Part shown: positions 39,401 to 49,391 of the stretch, one piece after another
Layout: each line of letters begins with the position of its first letter
How positions within the stretch are numbered: the stretch's first letter is position 1
Origin: Candidatus Thorarchaeota archaeon
GTDB taxonomy: Archaea > Asgardarchaeota > Thorarchaeia > Thorarchaeales > Thorarchaeaceae
NCBI GenBank assembly: GCA_016933575.1
Contig: JAFGAR010000064.1
Location: forward strand, 1 to 64,000
Direction: 5' to 3'
Length of the DNA: 64,000 nucleotides
Position numbers and translations under genes: made by a program
Notes under the pieces: model-generated
Database searches by the model: none
Seen by the model: only the letters and a program-made list of their open reading frames with translations
Told to the model about the DNA's origin: nothing

Positions 39401-42318
39401 TCTCATCTCCAGTATTTGTGCCTGGATGGCAAGCACTGCAGGAGCAGTGGTTCACAGTTGAAGGTCATAATGAAATGCCTTATCCTGGTGCGTTAGCTGA
39501 CTGGTCAGGAGTCTATTATACTGACGCGGAATACTACGGAAAGGTTCCAACAACAAAGACCATTGGTATAAATGAACAGACATACTTTGTTGAAGGTAAT
39601 CCTGATATGTCAGGTTGGAACGAATATGACAATACTAACCACACCGGCTTCTGGGTCATTATAGACTCCACAAACTACTCGCTTGATGGTCAAAGAATGT
39701 GGCATGCTTCAGTAAATGGTACTTCATATTGGCAACCTGCGGTTGTAGGTAGAACCCTCGATTATGGCTCCTTTGATGGTATGGCTTTCGAAATCGAGGG
39801 AAGTATAGGTATCATCACAGAAAGCAATTACTATGTTTCATACTTGTACAACTCAAGCTACAATTATGAATATGAATGGTGGGTTGATTTAGAAAATGGT
39901 ACTGTCCTTTCCTGTGAACCACGAACTATTTTCGAGGTCTATCTAGTGAATGCTAATGGTACCTTTGTCTACACATATAATCCCTATCCATATGAAGAGT
40001 ACATCAGCGAAACTGAACGATACTACTACATTCTGGACTTGGATGGTATTCGACACTATGTTGATAATTATTACAAACTACCTGTCCAAGAATTAGTCGT
40101 AACCGTTGGTTGGGTCGAGTATAACACATCTGGATTTGGAACATTCCACTATTTTGTAAATGGCACTGAATATTTCGAGGACTATAGTGGTGGTCATGGT
40201 GGTGTGACAACAATGGTCTTCACCAATGGCACACTATCCGGGAAATATTTCTTCAGATGGTCTGATCATGATAATGTAATCTATGAAATTGTCTACGAAG
40301 GTACGACTTACCAAACGACTTCTTCTCATAGCTATATATACCAAGTCGGTAGTGTTCTAGGTCAGGCATTAGTGTACAAACTTCAACCAATCCCAAGTGT
40401 CACTTTCAAGAACTTCAATGAGATCATTGTTGGAAATCCACGATGGGCTCTCTGGGGAGTTCAGACTTGGGCTAAGTCCGATGTTAACAATGCACTAGAT
40501 TTAGATGGCGACCTGTCTACCACAGATGACCAGTACTATGTGCTCTCTGAATATCAATCAACAAACTCATGGACTTCTGAATGGAGCCGCATGTGGGTTG
40601 ACCTTGTTTGGGATCCAAATGGAACCTTATTTGGCGATGAGATGTACATCCACTCTTGGATGGGTGTTGAAACATATACCTGGTCATATCAATGGGCTGA
40701 GAGTTTCTATTGGTATCATGCTGATGACTTCACTCCTGTAGACTCAGCTGAGTGGACTATCATCAACTCCACAATCTTAAACGAGGATGGTCTTCCTCGG
40801 GCTGGGTACTGGGACATCGCTCATATGGCAAATAATGTCACTTGGGAAGATATAGTCACCGAAGCAATTGAGAATGGTTGGGACTGGTTTGATCAGGGTG
40901 AACAGACATGGACTTGGCTATCTTTCGGTGTAGGTCAGCATTATGGTGTTGACACTGAGACCGGATGGTCTTCACTTGATCTTCGCTATGAATACTCAGG
41001 ACTGATGATCTGGGAAGATGGACTTGTTGGCAATAACTCTGTCATGGAAACCTACATGACAAATCCTGGCGATGGTGAACTCACTCACTACTTTATCCCT
41101 GATTCTGTGGATAGCGTAAGCTTTGTCACTCCAGGCATGGCTTACAGTGTTCCTGATGCATCTGGATCACTTCAACTTGATATTGAGGATGAAGTGACTT
41201 GGGGCGTCACATTTTCTGGCATCAATGGAACTACATTCCCATTCAATGCCTATGCATATTGGGACTGGTACGGAGGTGTGGTGACAGGAACTGACCTTCG
41301 AACATTTGATGAAAGACCCACAAAGGTCGCCATTGATATGATTGAATTCCTAGTCCATTTTCAGGGACATCTCAATTCAACAGAAGGTGCGACAAGTAAC
41401 TATGCTACCATGAAGGTCGATAACACCGTAGGTCAATGGGGTGTTGATCTTAATGGAGGTATTGAAAATCTAGACGGCAAATCTTTGGCTCTAAACTATC
41501 TTGCTGATATCAGCACTTCACAGTTTAAAGTGAATGCATCTGCAGTTGGTCAAGAAGACACGATTGTTTCAGACCGATTCGAGATTGGTGATACTAGTGC
41601 AAAGTTCGCTGAGATGATCATTGGAGGCGTAACCTATGAGTGGGCTGGTGATCCATACACACAATACAATGTATCGAGTCAGACAACTCCATACAGCACC
41701 TTCACCAGTGCCTATCAGTCTGATAATGGTCAGTCTGCAACCTCTTGGGCATTCACATCAACACAGTACTACGTTTCAATAGGTTTTCCAGAGTGGGATG
41801 GTCTCTATGTCTATCAAGACCCAGTCTTTGTTGGCTATATATCAACTTCTGGACAGACTGGTGGTGACAGCGTAGAATTCAGTGCTTTCAGCATCAATCC
41901 TTCAGTTCCCACTTCAAGTGATTCTGTTGAAGTGACTGTAGACATCTATTCCGATTATACAATCTGGAATGTTAACCTTGTCTATAGTACTGATGGTGAA
42001 AACTATGGTATGAACACTGCTATGTCAAAGATGAGTGACACTCGATGGAACGGAGTAATTCCTCCATTCTCTGATGATACTCAGATTTGGTACAAGATTG
42101 TTGCCTACACTGACTCTGGCACTTTCGAGTCAGCTCCACAATCATATATAGTTGGACAAGGAATGGTGACAATCACTCCTACCTTCCCAACTACAACAAC
42201 AGGTTCCACTGGTCCGACATGGACTGGCGAGGGTCCCTCGCTGGAACTTATTATGATGATTGGTGGGATTGGTCTGGTTGTTGTGATGATAGCAGCGATG
42301 GCTAGGCGACGAAAGTAA
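36442..42318 (+). CDS. Giant secreted Trp/Tyr-rich surface glycoprotein (1958 aa), paralog of 20219-26923
   Basis: Signal peptide; shared blocks GRLQGG..ASDIDG, ALDLDGDL.TTDDQY, YWDWY.G, F.ERPT, DPVFVGYIS; TM + RRRK. Confidence 0.85.
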   Translation: MRSMRLINKTFTLFLLTLFVVSFAMAGNSAAIPQQDSIVIEDMNYLASLQPVSQSTTADTGTNVNWYTDTGHYNNTWTWSNNNWLFGPEASYEIFYDNGSQVDKLDYLPVSEQITWKINIPKNVLRGSGINSVYINGWYIVPPEANMTASFNIDFYNGTPATWSVYSYSWNRTNYESGPPFLTINQPGCSLTEDSAMYYVTYKITFLEEVPVGLYGINIQITDSDYNSHTVKSRYASTYESDKIAIGIPRSLAYSEAYHGGYTLEKQDLSGDLIYSVSRETDFMMRFNITGNGDLDYAMLWSYFSGQMKIPVNRTGYHDVMVTKTGGWVWNPEIQTYIYNNSIEFTIPERVWGEYTEYEYYYGSDYREYEYRYLMYNATTGLDEVYTSTSTQQMQLMFVFNFTTWSFETLYGFTYTTYPFETFVPGVYYSETIFYTEPIENAPFQMFELNLGLSNAYSQDGVVSVEFIGHFTEDAPKGSVVNFYDMVVDKSGFYYGINAGDTGDYPMTWQEYNDAKSVAVESPVTIAKLLRPDDSPVYGWFFPAKSGEEFKVRGRLQGGADLASDIDGAIFEMKSYDSHYTDTSYGYTDMYYEILVESDATVTMTAYNYTALNNYTYGYHWEWGQYLATGWHYEYNETSGETIWVYGDYYTYGEQWVEGWYWDWFYFNQKTGEWVNYRDWYYYDYRSEATKVNTAFAEVSNITIYTSGGDLYYSFLVNLTDYVREISHWWDFRFANSTWIEDPSSEMGFHDIGIWRSGWIHSFDHMGEEVYVDVTSKIGVYNSSISGISDWLPVEETPYISIDGVDYPIKVRNIMYSYSTTTEERILFYDNDGEYYELLNGTKIYIQSERTAFIYNVTIPFYGSFLTTQKHAYYWYDGVEYWNSWIDINGNVHQGTDYSDWDMNAIVEYLSSSDIIQAGYYLRVGESTILRVQDYPRSDPRTGTEYILDEFGTRYDLVYVYGYQYIDYEGLLQRVSYTQEYFNATYLSSPVFVPGWQALQEQWFTVEGHNEMPYPGALADWSGVYYTDAEYYGKVPTTKTIGINEQTYFVEGNPDMSGWNEYDNTNHTGFWVIIDSTNYSLDGQRMWHASVNGTSYWQPAVVGRTLDYGSFDGMAFEIEGSIGIITESNYYVSYLYNSSYNYEYEWWVDLENGTVLSCEPRTIFEVYLVNANGTFVYTYNPYPYEEYISETERYYYILDLDGIRHYVDNYYKLPVQELVVTVGWVEYNTSGFGTFHYFVNGTEYFEDYSGGHGGVTTMVFTNGTLSGKYFFRWSDHDNVIYEIVYEGTTYQTTSSHSYIYQVGSVLGQALVYKLQPIPSVTFKNFNEIIVGNPRWALWGVQTWAKSDVNNALDLDGDLSTTDDQYYVLSEYQSTNSWTSEWSRMWVDLVWDPNGTLFGDEMYIHSWMGVETYTWSYQWAESFYWYHADDFTPVDSAEWTIINSTILNEDGLPRAGYWDIAHMANNVTWEDIVTEAIENGWDWFDQGEQTWTWLSFGVGQHYGVDTETGWSSLDLRYEYSGLMIWEDGLVGNNSVMETYMTNPGDGELTHYFIPDSVDSVSFVTPGMAYSVPDASGSLQLDIEDEVTWGVTFSGINGTTFPFNAYAYWDWYGGVVTGTDLRTFDERPTKVAIDMIEFLVHFQGHLNSTEGATSNYATMKVDNTVGQWGVDLNGGIENLDGKSLALNYLADISTSQFKVNASAVGQEDTIVSDRFEIGDTSAKFAEMIIGGVTYEWAGDPYTQYNVSSQTTPYSTFTSAYQSDNGQSATSWAFTSTQYYVSIGFPEWDGLYVYQDPVFVGYISTSGQTGGDSVEFSAFSINPSVPTSSDSVEVTVDIYSDYTIWNVNLVYSTDGENYGMNTAMSKMSDTRWNGVIPPFSDDTQIWYKIVAYTDSGTFESAPQSYIVGQGMVTITPTFPTTTTGSTGPTWTGEGPSLELIMMIGGIGLVVVMIAAMARRRK

Positions 42319-42325
42319 TTCAAAG

Positions 42326-42360
42326 AAGAGGGGTTATCCCCTCTTTCTTTCTCTTTTTCT
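42326..42360 (+). terminator. Hairpin + U-rich tract between convergent genes
   Basis: AAGAGGGG-TTAT-CCCCTCTT then TCTTTCTCTTTTTCT. Confidence 0.7.
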
Positions 42361-42365
42361 AAATA

Positions 42366-43013
42366 CTATTTCTTCGGAACTTTCTTCCAGTCATCAAGAA
42401 ATTTTTGTATACCAATATCCGTAAGTGGATGATTGACCATCTTGTCCAACACTGCAGGTGGTATTGTTGCAATGTCTGCTCCAATCAATGCAGCTTCATA
42501 AACATGGATTGGATGCCTGATACTCGCAACAATTATTTCTGTTTCAAATCCATAATTTACATATATTTGGGCAATACTCTCAATCAGTTCCATTCCAGTA
42601 TGACCTACGTCATCCAATCGACCAATGAAAGGCGAAACAAATGAAGCACCAGCCTTTGCAGCTAGGAGGGCTTGGTTCGCGCTAAAGCACAAAGTGACAT
42701 TTGTCTGAATTCCTTCATCTGCGCATTGCTTCACAACCTTAAGACCTTCCCAGGTCATCGGAATCTTAATTGCTGCATTATCTATCCAGCTGTTTAATTC
42801 ACGAGCCTCTTTCATCATTCCCTCAGCATCCTCACTGACTGCCTCGAGACTGATTGGTCCTGTGACGAAAGATGCAATCTCATCTACAATCTTTCTGAAG
42901 TCTTTTCCTTCCTTTGCTACTAGCGAAGGATTTGTTGTAACACCGTCAACCATCCCTCTCTCATGCGCTTTCCGAATTGCTTCAACATTTGCAGTATCTA
43001 TGAAGAATTTCAA
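42366..43013 (-). CDS. tal: Transaldolase (TalC/FSA family)
   Basis: [29 protein letters not shown] (Glu) and SPF (Phe) indicate transaldolase rather than FSA. Confidence 0.92.
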   Translation of the reverse strand: MKFFIDTANVEAIRKAHERGMVDGVTTNPSLVAKEGKDFRKIVDEIASFVTGPISLEAVSEDAEGMMKEARELNSWIDNAAIKIPMTWEGLKVVKQCADEGIQTNVTLCFSANQALLAAKAGASFVSPFIGRLDDVGHTGMELIESIAQIYVNYGFETEIIVASIRHPIHVYEAALIGADIATIPPAVLDKMVNHPLTDIGIQKFLDDWKKVPKK

Positions 43014-43118
43014 TTGTAATTTGCTCCTTGTTGACCTAAGTTGGGTCTATACTGACAAGACAATAATTGTTACAGGATTTAAAACGTAGGGTTTGTCTCT
43101 CAAACGGCAATCACCAGT

Positions 43119-43775
43119 CTATTCCATAGCTTTCTTCAGGTCTCTTACCCGTTGTTCGATATCTAGCGCTTTAAACACTGCAGAACCTGCGATAAAGAAA
43201 TCTGCTCCAGCTTTTCTCAGATTGCCAATATTTTCGAGTGTGACTCCACCATCTACCGCAATACGAACACTCGGTTTTAGTTCATCAAGTAGTGTCCTTA
43301 GTTTCGTGATTTTACTTGTTGATGATGGAATGAATTGCTGACCTCCAAATCCCGGACAGACACTCATTATGAGAACTGAGTCGATGAGGTCAATGACTCC
43401 TTCAACAGACTCCACCGGTGTTGCAGGATTGAGAGTGATTCCTGCTCGTCCACCATGGTCTACAATCATCTGGACTGTTCGATAAATATCGTAAGAACCC
43501 TCAATATGTGGATAAATCAATTCCACACCCGCATCAATAAACTTGGGGATATACTCTCTAGGATTAGTTATCATCAGATGCGCATCAAGAGGACGATCAG
43601 TGATCTTCTTCATCTGTTTGGCAACCCAGGGACCAAAGGAGATGTTTGGCACGAAGTGTCCATCCATAATATCAAGATGGAAATAATCAGATCCTCCTCT
43701 CTCTGCTGCTCTGATATCCTCTTCGAGGTGAGCAAAGTTCGCTGCAAGTATGGAGGGTGTCAGTAAGGGCTTCAT
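43119..43775 (-). CDS. rpe: Ribulose-phosphate 3-epimerase
   Basis: PSIL.ANF, HLDIMDGHFVPNISFG, DAHLMI, MSV.PGFGGQ, VDGG, GSA.F. Confidence 0.97.
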   Translation of the reverse strand: MKPLLTPSILAANFAHLEEDIRAAERGGSDYFHLDIMDGHFVPNISFGPWVAKQMKKITDRPLDAHLMITNPREYIPKFIDAGVELIYPHIEGSYDIYRTVQMIVDHGGRAGITLNPATPVESVEGVIDLIDSVLIMSVCPGFGGQQFIPSSTSKITKLRTLLDELKPSVRIAVDGGVTLENIGNLRKAGADFFIAGSAVFKALDIEQRVRDLKKAME

Positions 43776-43842
43776 GGCATGTTACTCTCGCACATGCTCG
43801 TTTTTAATCTTCGCGATTTGTTATAATCGCCCATCTAATCCT

Positions 43843-45486
43843 TCAATCCTTGAGGAGTTTAGGAATCTGAAAGTGAGCAAGCAATACTATTGCAATCGTA
43901 GCAAGTCCTTGCATTGAGAGACTCAAGATCTGTGAGCCAGTAAATATCATAGTTATGCCAAAACAGAGCAGTGGTCCAACTCCAACGATGGCTCCTACAA
44001 ATCCAGCGATCAGTGCCATTCTCTGATCTGCGGCTAGGTTGATTGCCACTGCACGCCCACCACCTCTGTATCGATACATTGTCGCACCGACTGACATTGG
44101 TACTGCATATCCCAAAGGTACCGCAATGATAGGCACCATGATGACAAGCCAAGTAATTGGATTGAAGATTGAAAGTAGTAAGGCAATCAACAGCATAGTT
44201 ATAGTATATGGAATGATTGAGATTACTACTTTCCCTCTAAGTACCAGTTTTGAACTCAAAGGAAGTCCTTCATGAATTGATGATCCCTGTGTATCAAACA
44301 TCATCACTGAAACAACTGACAACCCTGAGAAGAGATTTCCATAGGCAACTGCTGTGAGAGCTGTGATACTATGGAGCGGTCCATCGCGAGCCCATCCTGC
44401 TATCATAGGATAGAGCATAATCATAAGGAAGACTGGTATTGCAAAGATTATTGCTGAACCGACACTCTTTGTAGCCATCTTCATGTCTTTTCTGATGACT
44501 GCCATCAAAGGCGTCTTCGTTATAATTTCGATTTCTCTCAATGCAGTTGTTCTTCCAGTTGAAACTCCACCAAGGGCAAGACCTCTAAGCAGATTTCCAC
44601 TCTGTCTATAAAGCACGACTGCAATGACTCCATAGAGTAGGGACATACCGAGAGCAATGTAAGGTATTAGTTGATTGCTCATGACTACTCCCGGTGTAAC
44701 AATAGAGGTTAAGAATCCAAAAGAGAATGGAAAGAGGATTGACAAGAAGAGGTAGGTGCCATCGAAGGTTTCTGCGAACTGAATTACAAATTGTATAATG
44801 TACGGGATATAGCTTGCCAACATGTAGATGCTCATGATTCCAACAACAAGACCAATAGTTGCAGCTAGTCGTATGATCGTTCCTAACTTTGTTTCTTCGG
44901 ACGAGTGTATTTTTTCTTGGAACCAACAAGAGAATCCAATTAGTGTACGGAGTGACACTGAGACTGTTGCCGAACAACCTATGAAAGCGACCATAGCTGC
45001 CAGTGGACCGAAGAGAATTAGTAATGCAATTGGGAATATAGCTACAGTCATTACTGCTGGAGCTAGAAAGACTCGCATAAACGCTAAGACTGCCAGGCTC
45101 TCTAATTCTTTGGTGCTGAGTGGTAACGTGCTAGGAAGTTTCATTGCACCAGACGTAAAGAATCCTGTCGTTGTAGTGAGATTAAGGAAAAAAATCAGAA
45201 TAAATGCGAGAGCCATGAAGAGTGAAAACCCAATCGCTAATCGGACACCCAAATTGCCTAGACTAGTATCAAATGCCATGCCTGCAATTGTAAGAGATGC
45301 TAGCATAGTGAGTATGATTACACTCATCATGCCATTTACCCTACTTGCTGAACGGATGCTTCTGGAGATTTTCTCAGGGTCTTCCTTTATCCTAGCTTTA
45401 TTCCCGGGATTATTTTCAAGGAATCCATCGAATCTCATCTGATTTGCAATTACACCTGCGATTCTCCACCGTTCCCTGAAGTTCAA
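43843..45486 (-). CDS. Putative ABC exporter permease
   Basis: Polytopic; overlaps the ATPase stop by 4 nt; KD.K...K internal motif. Confidence 0.75.
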   Translation of the reverse strand: MNFRERWRIAGVIANQMRFDGFLENNPGNKARIKEDPEKISRSIRSASRVNGMMSVIILTMLASLTIAGMAFDTSLGNLGVRLAIGFSLFMALAFILIFFLNLTTTTGFFTSGAMKLPSTLPLSTKELESLAVLAFMRVFLAPAVMTVAIFPIALLILFGPLAAMVAFIGCSATVSVSLRTLIGFSCWFQEKIHSSEETKLGTIIRLAATIGLVVGIMSIYMLASYIPYIIQFVIQFAETFDGTYLFLSILFPFSFGFLTSIVTPGVVMSNQLIPYIALGMSLLYGVIAVVLYRQSGNLLRGLALGGVSTGRTTALREIEIITKTPLMAVIRKDMKMATKSVGSAIIFAIPVFLMIMLYPMIAGWARDGPLHSITALTAVAYGNLFSGLSVVSVMMFDTQGSSIHEGLPLSSKLVLRGKVVISIIPYTITMLLIALLLSIFNPITWLVIMVPIIAVPLGYAVPMSVGATMYRYRGGGRAVAINLAADQRMALIAGFVGAIVGVGPLLCFGITMIFTGSQILSLSMQGLATIAIVLLAHFQIPKLLKD

Positions 45487-46262
45487 TCCGAGAGTGCCTC
45501 CCGAAGAGCATCAACGCCAATTTGGACTTCTTCTTCTTGCTCTGTCAATCTGAGGAATATCTTCTCAAGGGTTGCGCCTTCCTCGTGAGCCTGGCTTCTC
45601 AGATCCTCTATTGTCCCCTCACCAACCATGACTCCATCATCCAGTATTCCAACTCTATCACATAGACCCTGTGCTACTTCCATGATGTGTGTGGAGAGTA
45701 AAACAGAACCTCCTCCCTCAACATGAATTTTGATGATGTCCTTCATAATCTTGGCAGTTCGTACATCAAGACCTGCGAAAGGCTCGTCAAGGATTAGGAG
45801 TGTTGGAGCATGAAGTAGAGCTGATATGAGCATGGTCTTCTGTTTGTTACCTTGCGAGAGCGTAACGATCATGGAGTCGAAATACCGTTCGAAGTCTAGA
45901 GCTTTCACCATCTCTTTGATCCGTTTATTGACTCGCTCAGATGGCAATTCTCTGATGGACGCAATGAATTCAAAGAGCTCGCGTGGTGTAAGTGAGTCAT
46001 AGAGATGATGTTCTTCTGGAACATATCCCACCAATCTCTTGACTTCAATCGGATCATCAAGAGAACTGATACCATAAATCTTCGATGCACCACTATCAGG
46101 ATCAAGCAGTCCCATGAGACATTTAATCGTAGTTGTCTTTCCGGCACCATTTGGGCCAAGAATCCCATAGATCTCGCCCTCTCGAACTTGGAAGGTCACA
46201 TCACTCACCGCAACGAGACTTCCAAAGGATTTTACAAGATTTTCAATTTCGACAGCTGCCAT
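45483..46262 (-). CDS. ABC transporter ATP-binding protein
   Basis: GPNGAGKTT, LSQG, LILDEP, STH. Confidence 0.95.
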   Translation of the reverse strand: MAAVEIENLVKSFGSLVAVSDVTFQVREGEIYGILGPNGAGKTTTIKCLMGLLDPDSGASKIYGISSLDDPIEVKRLVGYVPEEHHLYDSLTPRELFEFIASIRELPSERVNKRIKEMVKALDFERYFDSMIVTLSQGNKQKTMLISALLHAPTLLILDEPFAGLDVRTAKIMKDIIKIHVEGGGSVLLSTHIMEVAQGLCDRVGILDDGVMVGEGTIEDLRSQAHEEGATLEKIFLRLTEQEEEVQIGVDALREALSD

Positions 46263-46485
46263 TTATTTGAGCTCCATCATAATCATGTGTAGATAACGAC
46301 ACATCCGCCTATTGATAATCCGTTTGAATTAATATAACATTTCACAACAACGCTAGAATATCAAATCTAGAGTACGTTCTCTGACTTGGAGTCAATAGTT
46401 GTTGACTATGTGGCTTAATTCAATTATGCAATAAACCATTTCGAATGATGAAAATAGATAAATAATTCTAAGTTTCAGCATAGCT

Positions 46486-46716
46486 TTGGTTAGGAACATG
46501 GTAGACAATGACGATATCCCAAATATCGATAATGTCAATACTGGCGAGGCGTGTACAGTACTTCTAATGATAGCTGCTTTTGTTGCTGCGATGAATACTT
46601 TCGTAGTCTCATCAGATCCTTTTAGCTTCTATATGACAATAGCACTAACATTTGGGCTTATTGCTATCGCATCAGCAATATTGACGGTTGGACGACGAGT
46701 CAGTTCCAATGCCTAA
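46486..46716 (+). CDS. Small 2-TM hypothetical protein
   Basis: Two hydrophobic helices; probable ATG at 46498. Confidence 0.5.
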   Translation: MVRNMVDNDDIPNIDNVNTGEACTVLLMIAAFVAAMNTFVVSSDPFSFYMTIALTFGLIAIASAILTVGRRVSSNA

Positions 46717-46902
46717 TGCTCGTATTGAATTTAACAACCTCTTGATGCATAAGAGACGCCATAAATGATCTTAGTCAGAATGAAGATTCAAATTTCAAAA
46801 AGCACTTAGAACAGAACCAAGCATACCCCACACAAGTGGTTCTTTCCTATCTATTCTAATCACTAGTCGATAGATTTCCTCAACTTCTAAAGCCATCCTT
46901 GC

Positions 46903-48186
46903 TTATTCTGAATTTGAGATACGTTGATAGAGAACATATAGAACTATCAACCAAATTGGTGTTATTGGGTCTAATCCAAGTACTAGATAATAGAGAACAA
47001 TTCCTATTGAGAAGAAAGCAAGTAGGTTGTTAGATCCTGCCCATAGAGTGTCAAGTTTTCGTTTCTCGCCTTCTTGTAGGGTTGGTGAACTATAGAGTTG
47101 CAGCATTGAAGGCGCAAGAAGTGCATACCAGAACGACAGGAATAGAAACCATGAATCAGGGTAGACCAAAAGAACAAGAAACATCATAGAAGCAAAGTGA
47201 TGTGTGTACCTCTTTTTATCCATTGGTGATCTGATGAATGAGATATAGTTCCTTGAGAAAATGTAACCTCCAAGAGTCAGGATTACTGCATACTGAAGAA
47301 TATTGGTGTCAATAAAGGGAAGGAGTGCAACTGCAAGTCTTGTAATACTTGTGCTGTGATGATAAGAAAGTCCCTCAACGAGATTCACATGTATGAAATC
47401 CATGAATGCAAAGGGATATAGAAAGAAATACACGATATTTGGTATCATTGATACTAGGAATCCAAAAAATACACCACCAAACTTCTTGAATGGAATGGCA
47501 ATCCCAAGTTTTCTTTTCAATGTGAAAGGTACCAAAAAGGGGAGAAATACAACACAGAAGGGTTTGATGGTTATTGCTATACCGATTAGAAGTCCAATCA
47601 TGATAGGTATTCTAATTGAGTGTTCTGAAGACACAAGTAGTAAGAATAGTACTAATAGAACAAGGAGAATCACGAGCTGCGAAATCTGACCGAGTATGAG
47701 GTTCACAACATTTGGTGGGGTGATTGCTACGATTGCCAATGTTCTTTCAAAGTTCTTCGTTGACGGCAATACACCTCTTTTCACACTTATGGCATAGACT
47801 GCATAAACTATTAGGATACTGAATATCATCATCATTGTGATATTCAATATGTAAAGTGCATACAATGGAATTATTGCAAACAAAGACATGTACGCTGCAA
47901 AAGATGGTAAGTATCTGAATGGTAGGCCATTTGGAGCTACAAAATAGATGTTTCCTGGTGAAATTAAGAATTCCTGACCTGCTTCGTAGAAGACTTGGAA
48001 ATCCATTGTATAGACTGTAGTGCCTACGCTACCTGTAATCATTAGATAGAGAAAGATAATGAGAACGCAGAAATAATACCCAAAATTGAAAGCAACTCCT
48101 CCAAGAAGTAAGTGTGATCTCTTTAAATACTGTATAAACGACCCTAACGAAGCAGGTTCATTTTCTACCATATAGGAACACCCCAC
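46903..48186 (-). CDS. GT87/DUF2029 family polytopic glycosyltransferase
   Basis: DFQVFYEAG, PFRYLP, GQ, GIAI.IKP motifs. Confidence 0.8.
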   Translation of the reverse strand: MGCSYMVENEPASLGSFIQYLKRSHLLLGGVAFNFGYYFCVLIIFLYLMITGSVGTTVYTMDFQVFYEAGQEFLISPGNIYFVAPNGLPFRYLPSFAAYMSLFAIIPLYALYILNITMMMIFSILIVYAVYAISVKRGVLPSTKNFERTLAIVAITPPNVVNLILGQISQLVILLVLLVLFLLLVSSEHSIRIPIMIGLLIGIAITIKPFCVVFLPFLVPFTLKRKLGIAIPFKKFGGVFFGFLVSMIPNIVYFFLYPFAFMDFIHVNLVEGLSYHHSTSITRLAVALLPFIDTNILQYAVILTLGGYIFSRNYISFIRSPMDKKRYTHHFASMMFLVLLVYPDSWFLFLSFWYALLAPSMLQLYSSPTLQEGEKRKLDTLWAGSNNLLAFFSIGIVLYYLVLGLDPITPIWLIVLYVLYQRISNSE

Positions 48187-48737
48187 AATAAGGCTTCAGA
48201 AATGAGCAATGAAACACTCGAACCAAAAAATAAACCTATCACAATCAGTGCTTCCGGCCATTTGTATCGCTTTGTCCATCTCTCATCAATTATAAAGAAC
48301 GGAATGAAAAGAATGGCTATACTGAATGCCATCAAGATGAGGTTGGGAGGTTGAATATAGTTTCTCGCATCAAACAATATCATTAAGATGGCTAATATAA
48401 CAACAGGTGGATGTAGGGTGAGTCTCTCAAGAATTGCCCAGTTCTTCTTCTGAGCCCAATGCTCTTGTGTCTGAAATTTGCGAATGAAATTGATATCCCA
48501 GACTGATGTCACAAGTAAGATTGGAAATGCTATCATCACCATGATATTTAAAGGATAGACACTTAGACCAAAGGCTAGTGCAAGACATGTGTAATATGAA
48601 AAAAATCGACTGAAATATCTACGTCTAAAATCCAACTCACTCTTCAATTTTATTTCTACTATCCACACTCTAAAGAGAAAAAACACGATACCTACTACAA
48701 CGATTATTTCTAGATATCCCAATATTTGAATCCTCAT
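48165..48737 (-). CDS. Hypothetical membrane protein
   Basis: 190 aa, multiple TM; overlaps the GT87 start. Confidence 0.65.
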   Translation of the reverse strand: MRIQILGYLEIIVVVGIVFFLFRVWIVEIKLKSELDFRRRYFSRFFSYYTCLALAFGLSVYPLNIMVMIAFPILLVTSVWDINFIRKFQTQEHWAQKKNWAILERLTLHPPVVILAILMILFDARNYIQPPNLILMAFSIAILFIPFFIIDERWTKRYKWPEALIVIGLFFGSSVSLLISEALLWGVPIW

Positions 48738-48830
48738 TTCTTTCTCAAATATGCCTATTAAGATAATTTTTTGAATTCACAGATATCGACACAAAAACCT
48801 ATTGGGTCATGCTTTTTTTCGAATCCTCTA

Positions 48831-49265
48831 TCATTTTTCCTGATGAAGGTTCTTCTTGCAATCATCACAGATGATGTATACATCCAGACGTTGTCCAATG
48901 GGTTGTTTCCCAATCTCTGAGATAATATGATTCCATTTATTTCTTAAAGTATCAGAACTATAGTCCCAAATCACTCCACATCCCTTACAGATGATATTGA
49001 TATGGACCGAGGTGTTGGGATCAAAGCGTGAAGGTTGACTATTGAATCGTAATTCTGTGAGCATTCCCATTTCTTTAAGCATGTCCAGTGTGTGATATAC
49101 TGTGGTCATACTGATTGCGGGATGCTTTCTCTTAATCTCTTCAAAGATCTGCTCAGCGTTAGGATGTTTCTCATTCGATAGAACTATCTTACAAATTGCA
49201 ATTCTCTGTGGGGTTATCTTATACCCATTCTCTCTAAGTCTAGAGATTAGTTGTTCCTCATTCAT
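48831..49265 (-). CDS. perR: Fur-family regulator, PerR-like
   Basis: KITPQR, HP.AEQI, TVY.TL, RFD, H.N..C..C, C..C; divergent from catalase. Confidence 0.8.
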   Translation of the reverse strand: MNEEQLISRLRENGYKITPQRIAICKIVLSNEKHPNAEQIFEEIKRKHPAISMTTVYHTLDMLKEMGMLTELRFNSQPSRFDPNTSVHINIICKGCGVIWDYSSDTLRNKWNHIISEIGKQPIGQRLDVYIICDDCKKNLHQEK

Positions 49266-49322
49266 ATTATCGCCAGTCTGAAGTTCTTAGTTGGAGCTTT
49301 TCATTCAACTTTTATTATTTCC

Positions 49323-49391
49323 CATTATAGATAATGCTTAAATAAAAGTGTTTGTTATTTAGTTTCTATTACAATTTAGTTTCTATTACAA
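49323..49391. promoter_or_regulatory. Candidate Fur/PerR operator region: palindrome and 17-bp tandem duplication
   Basis: CATTAT-AG-ATAATG at 49323-49336; TTTAGTTTCTATTACAA twice (49358-49374, 49375-49391). Confidence 0.5.
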
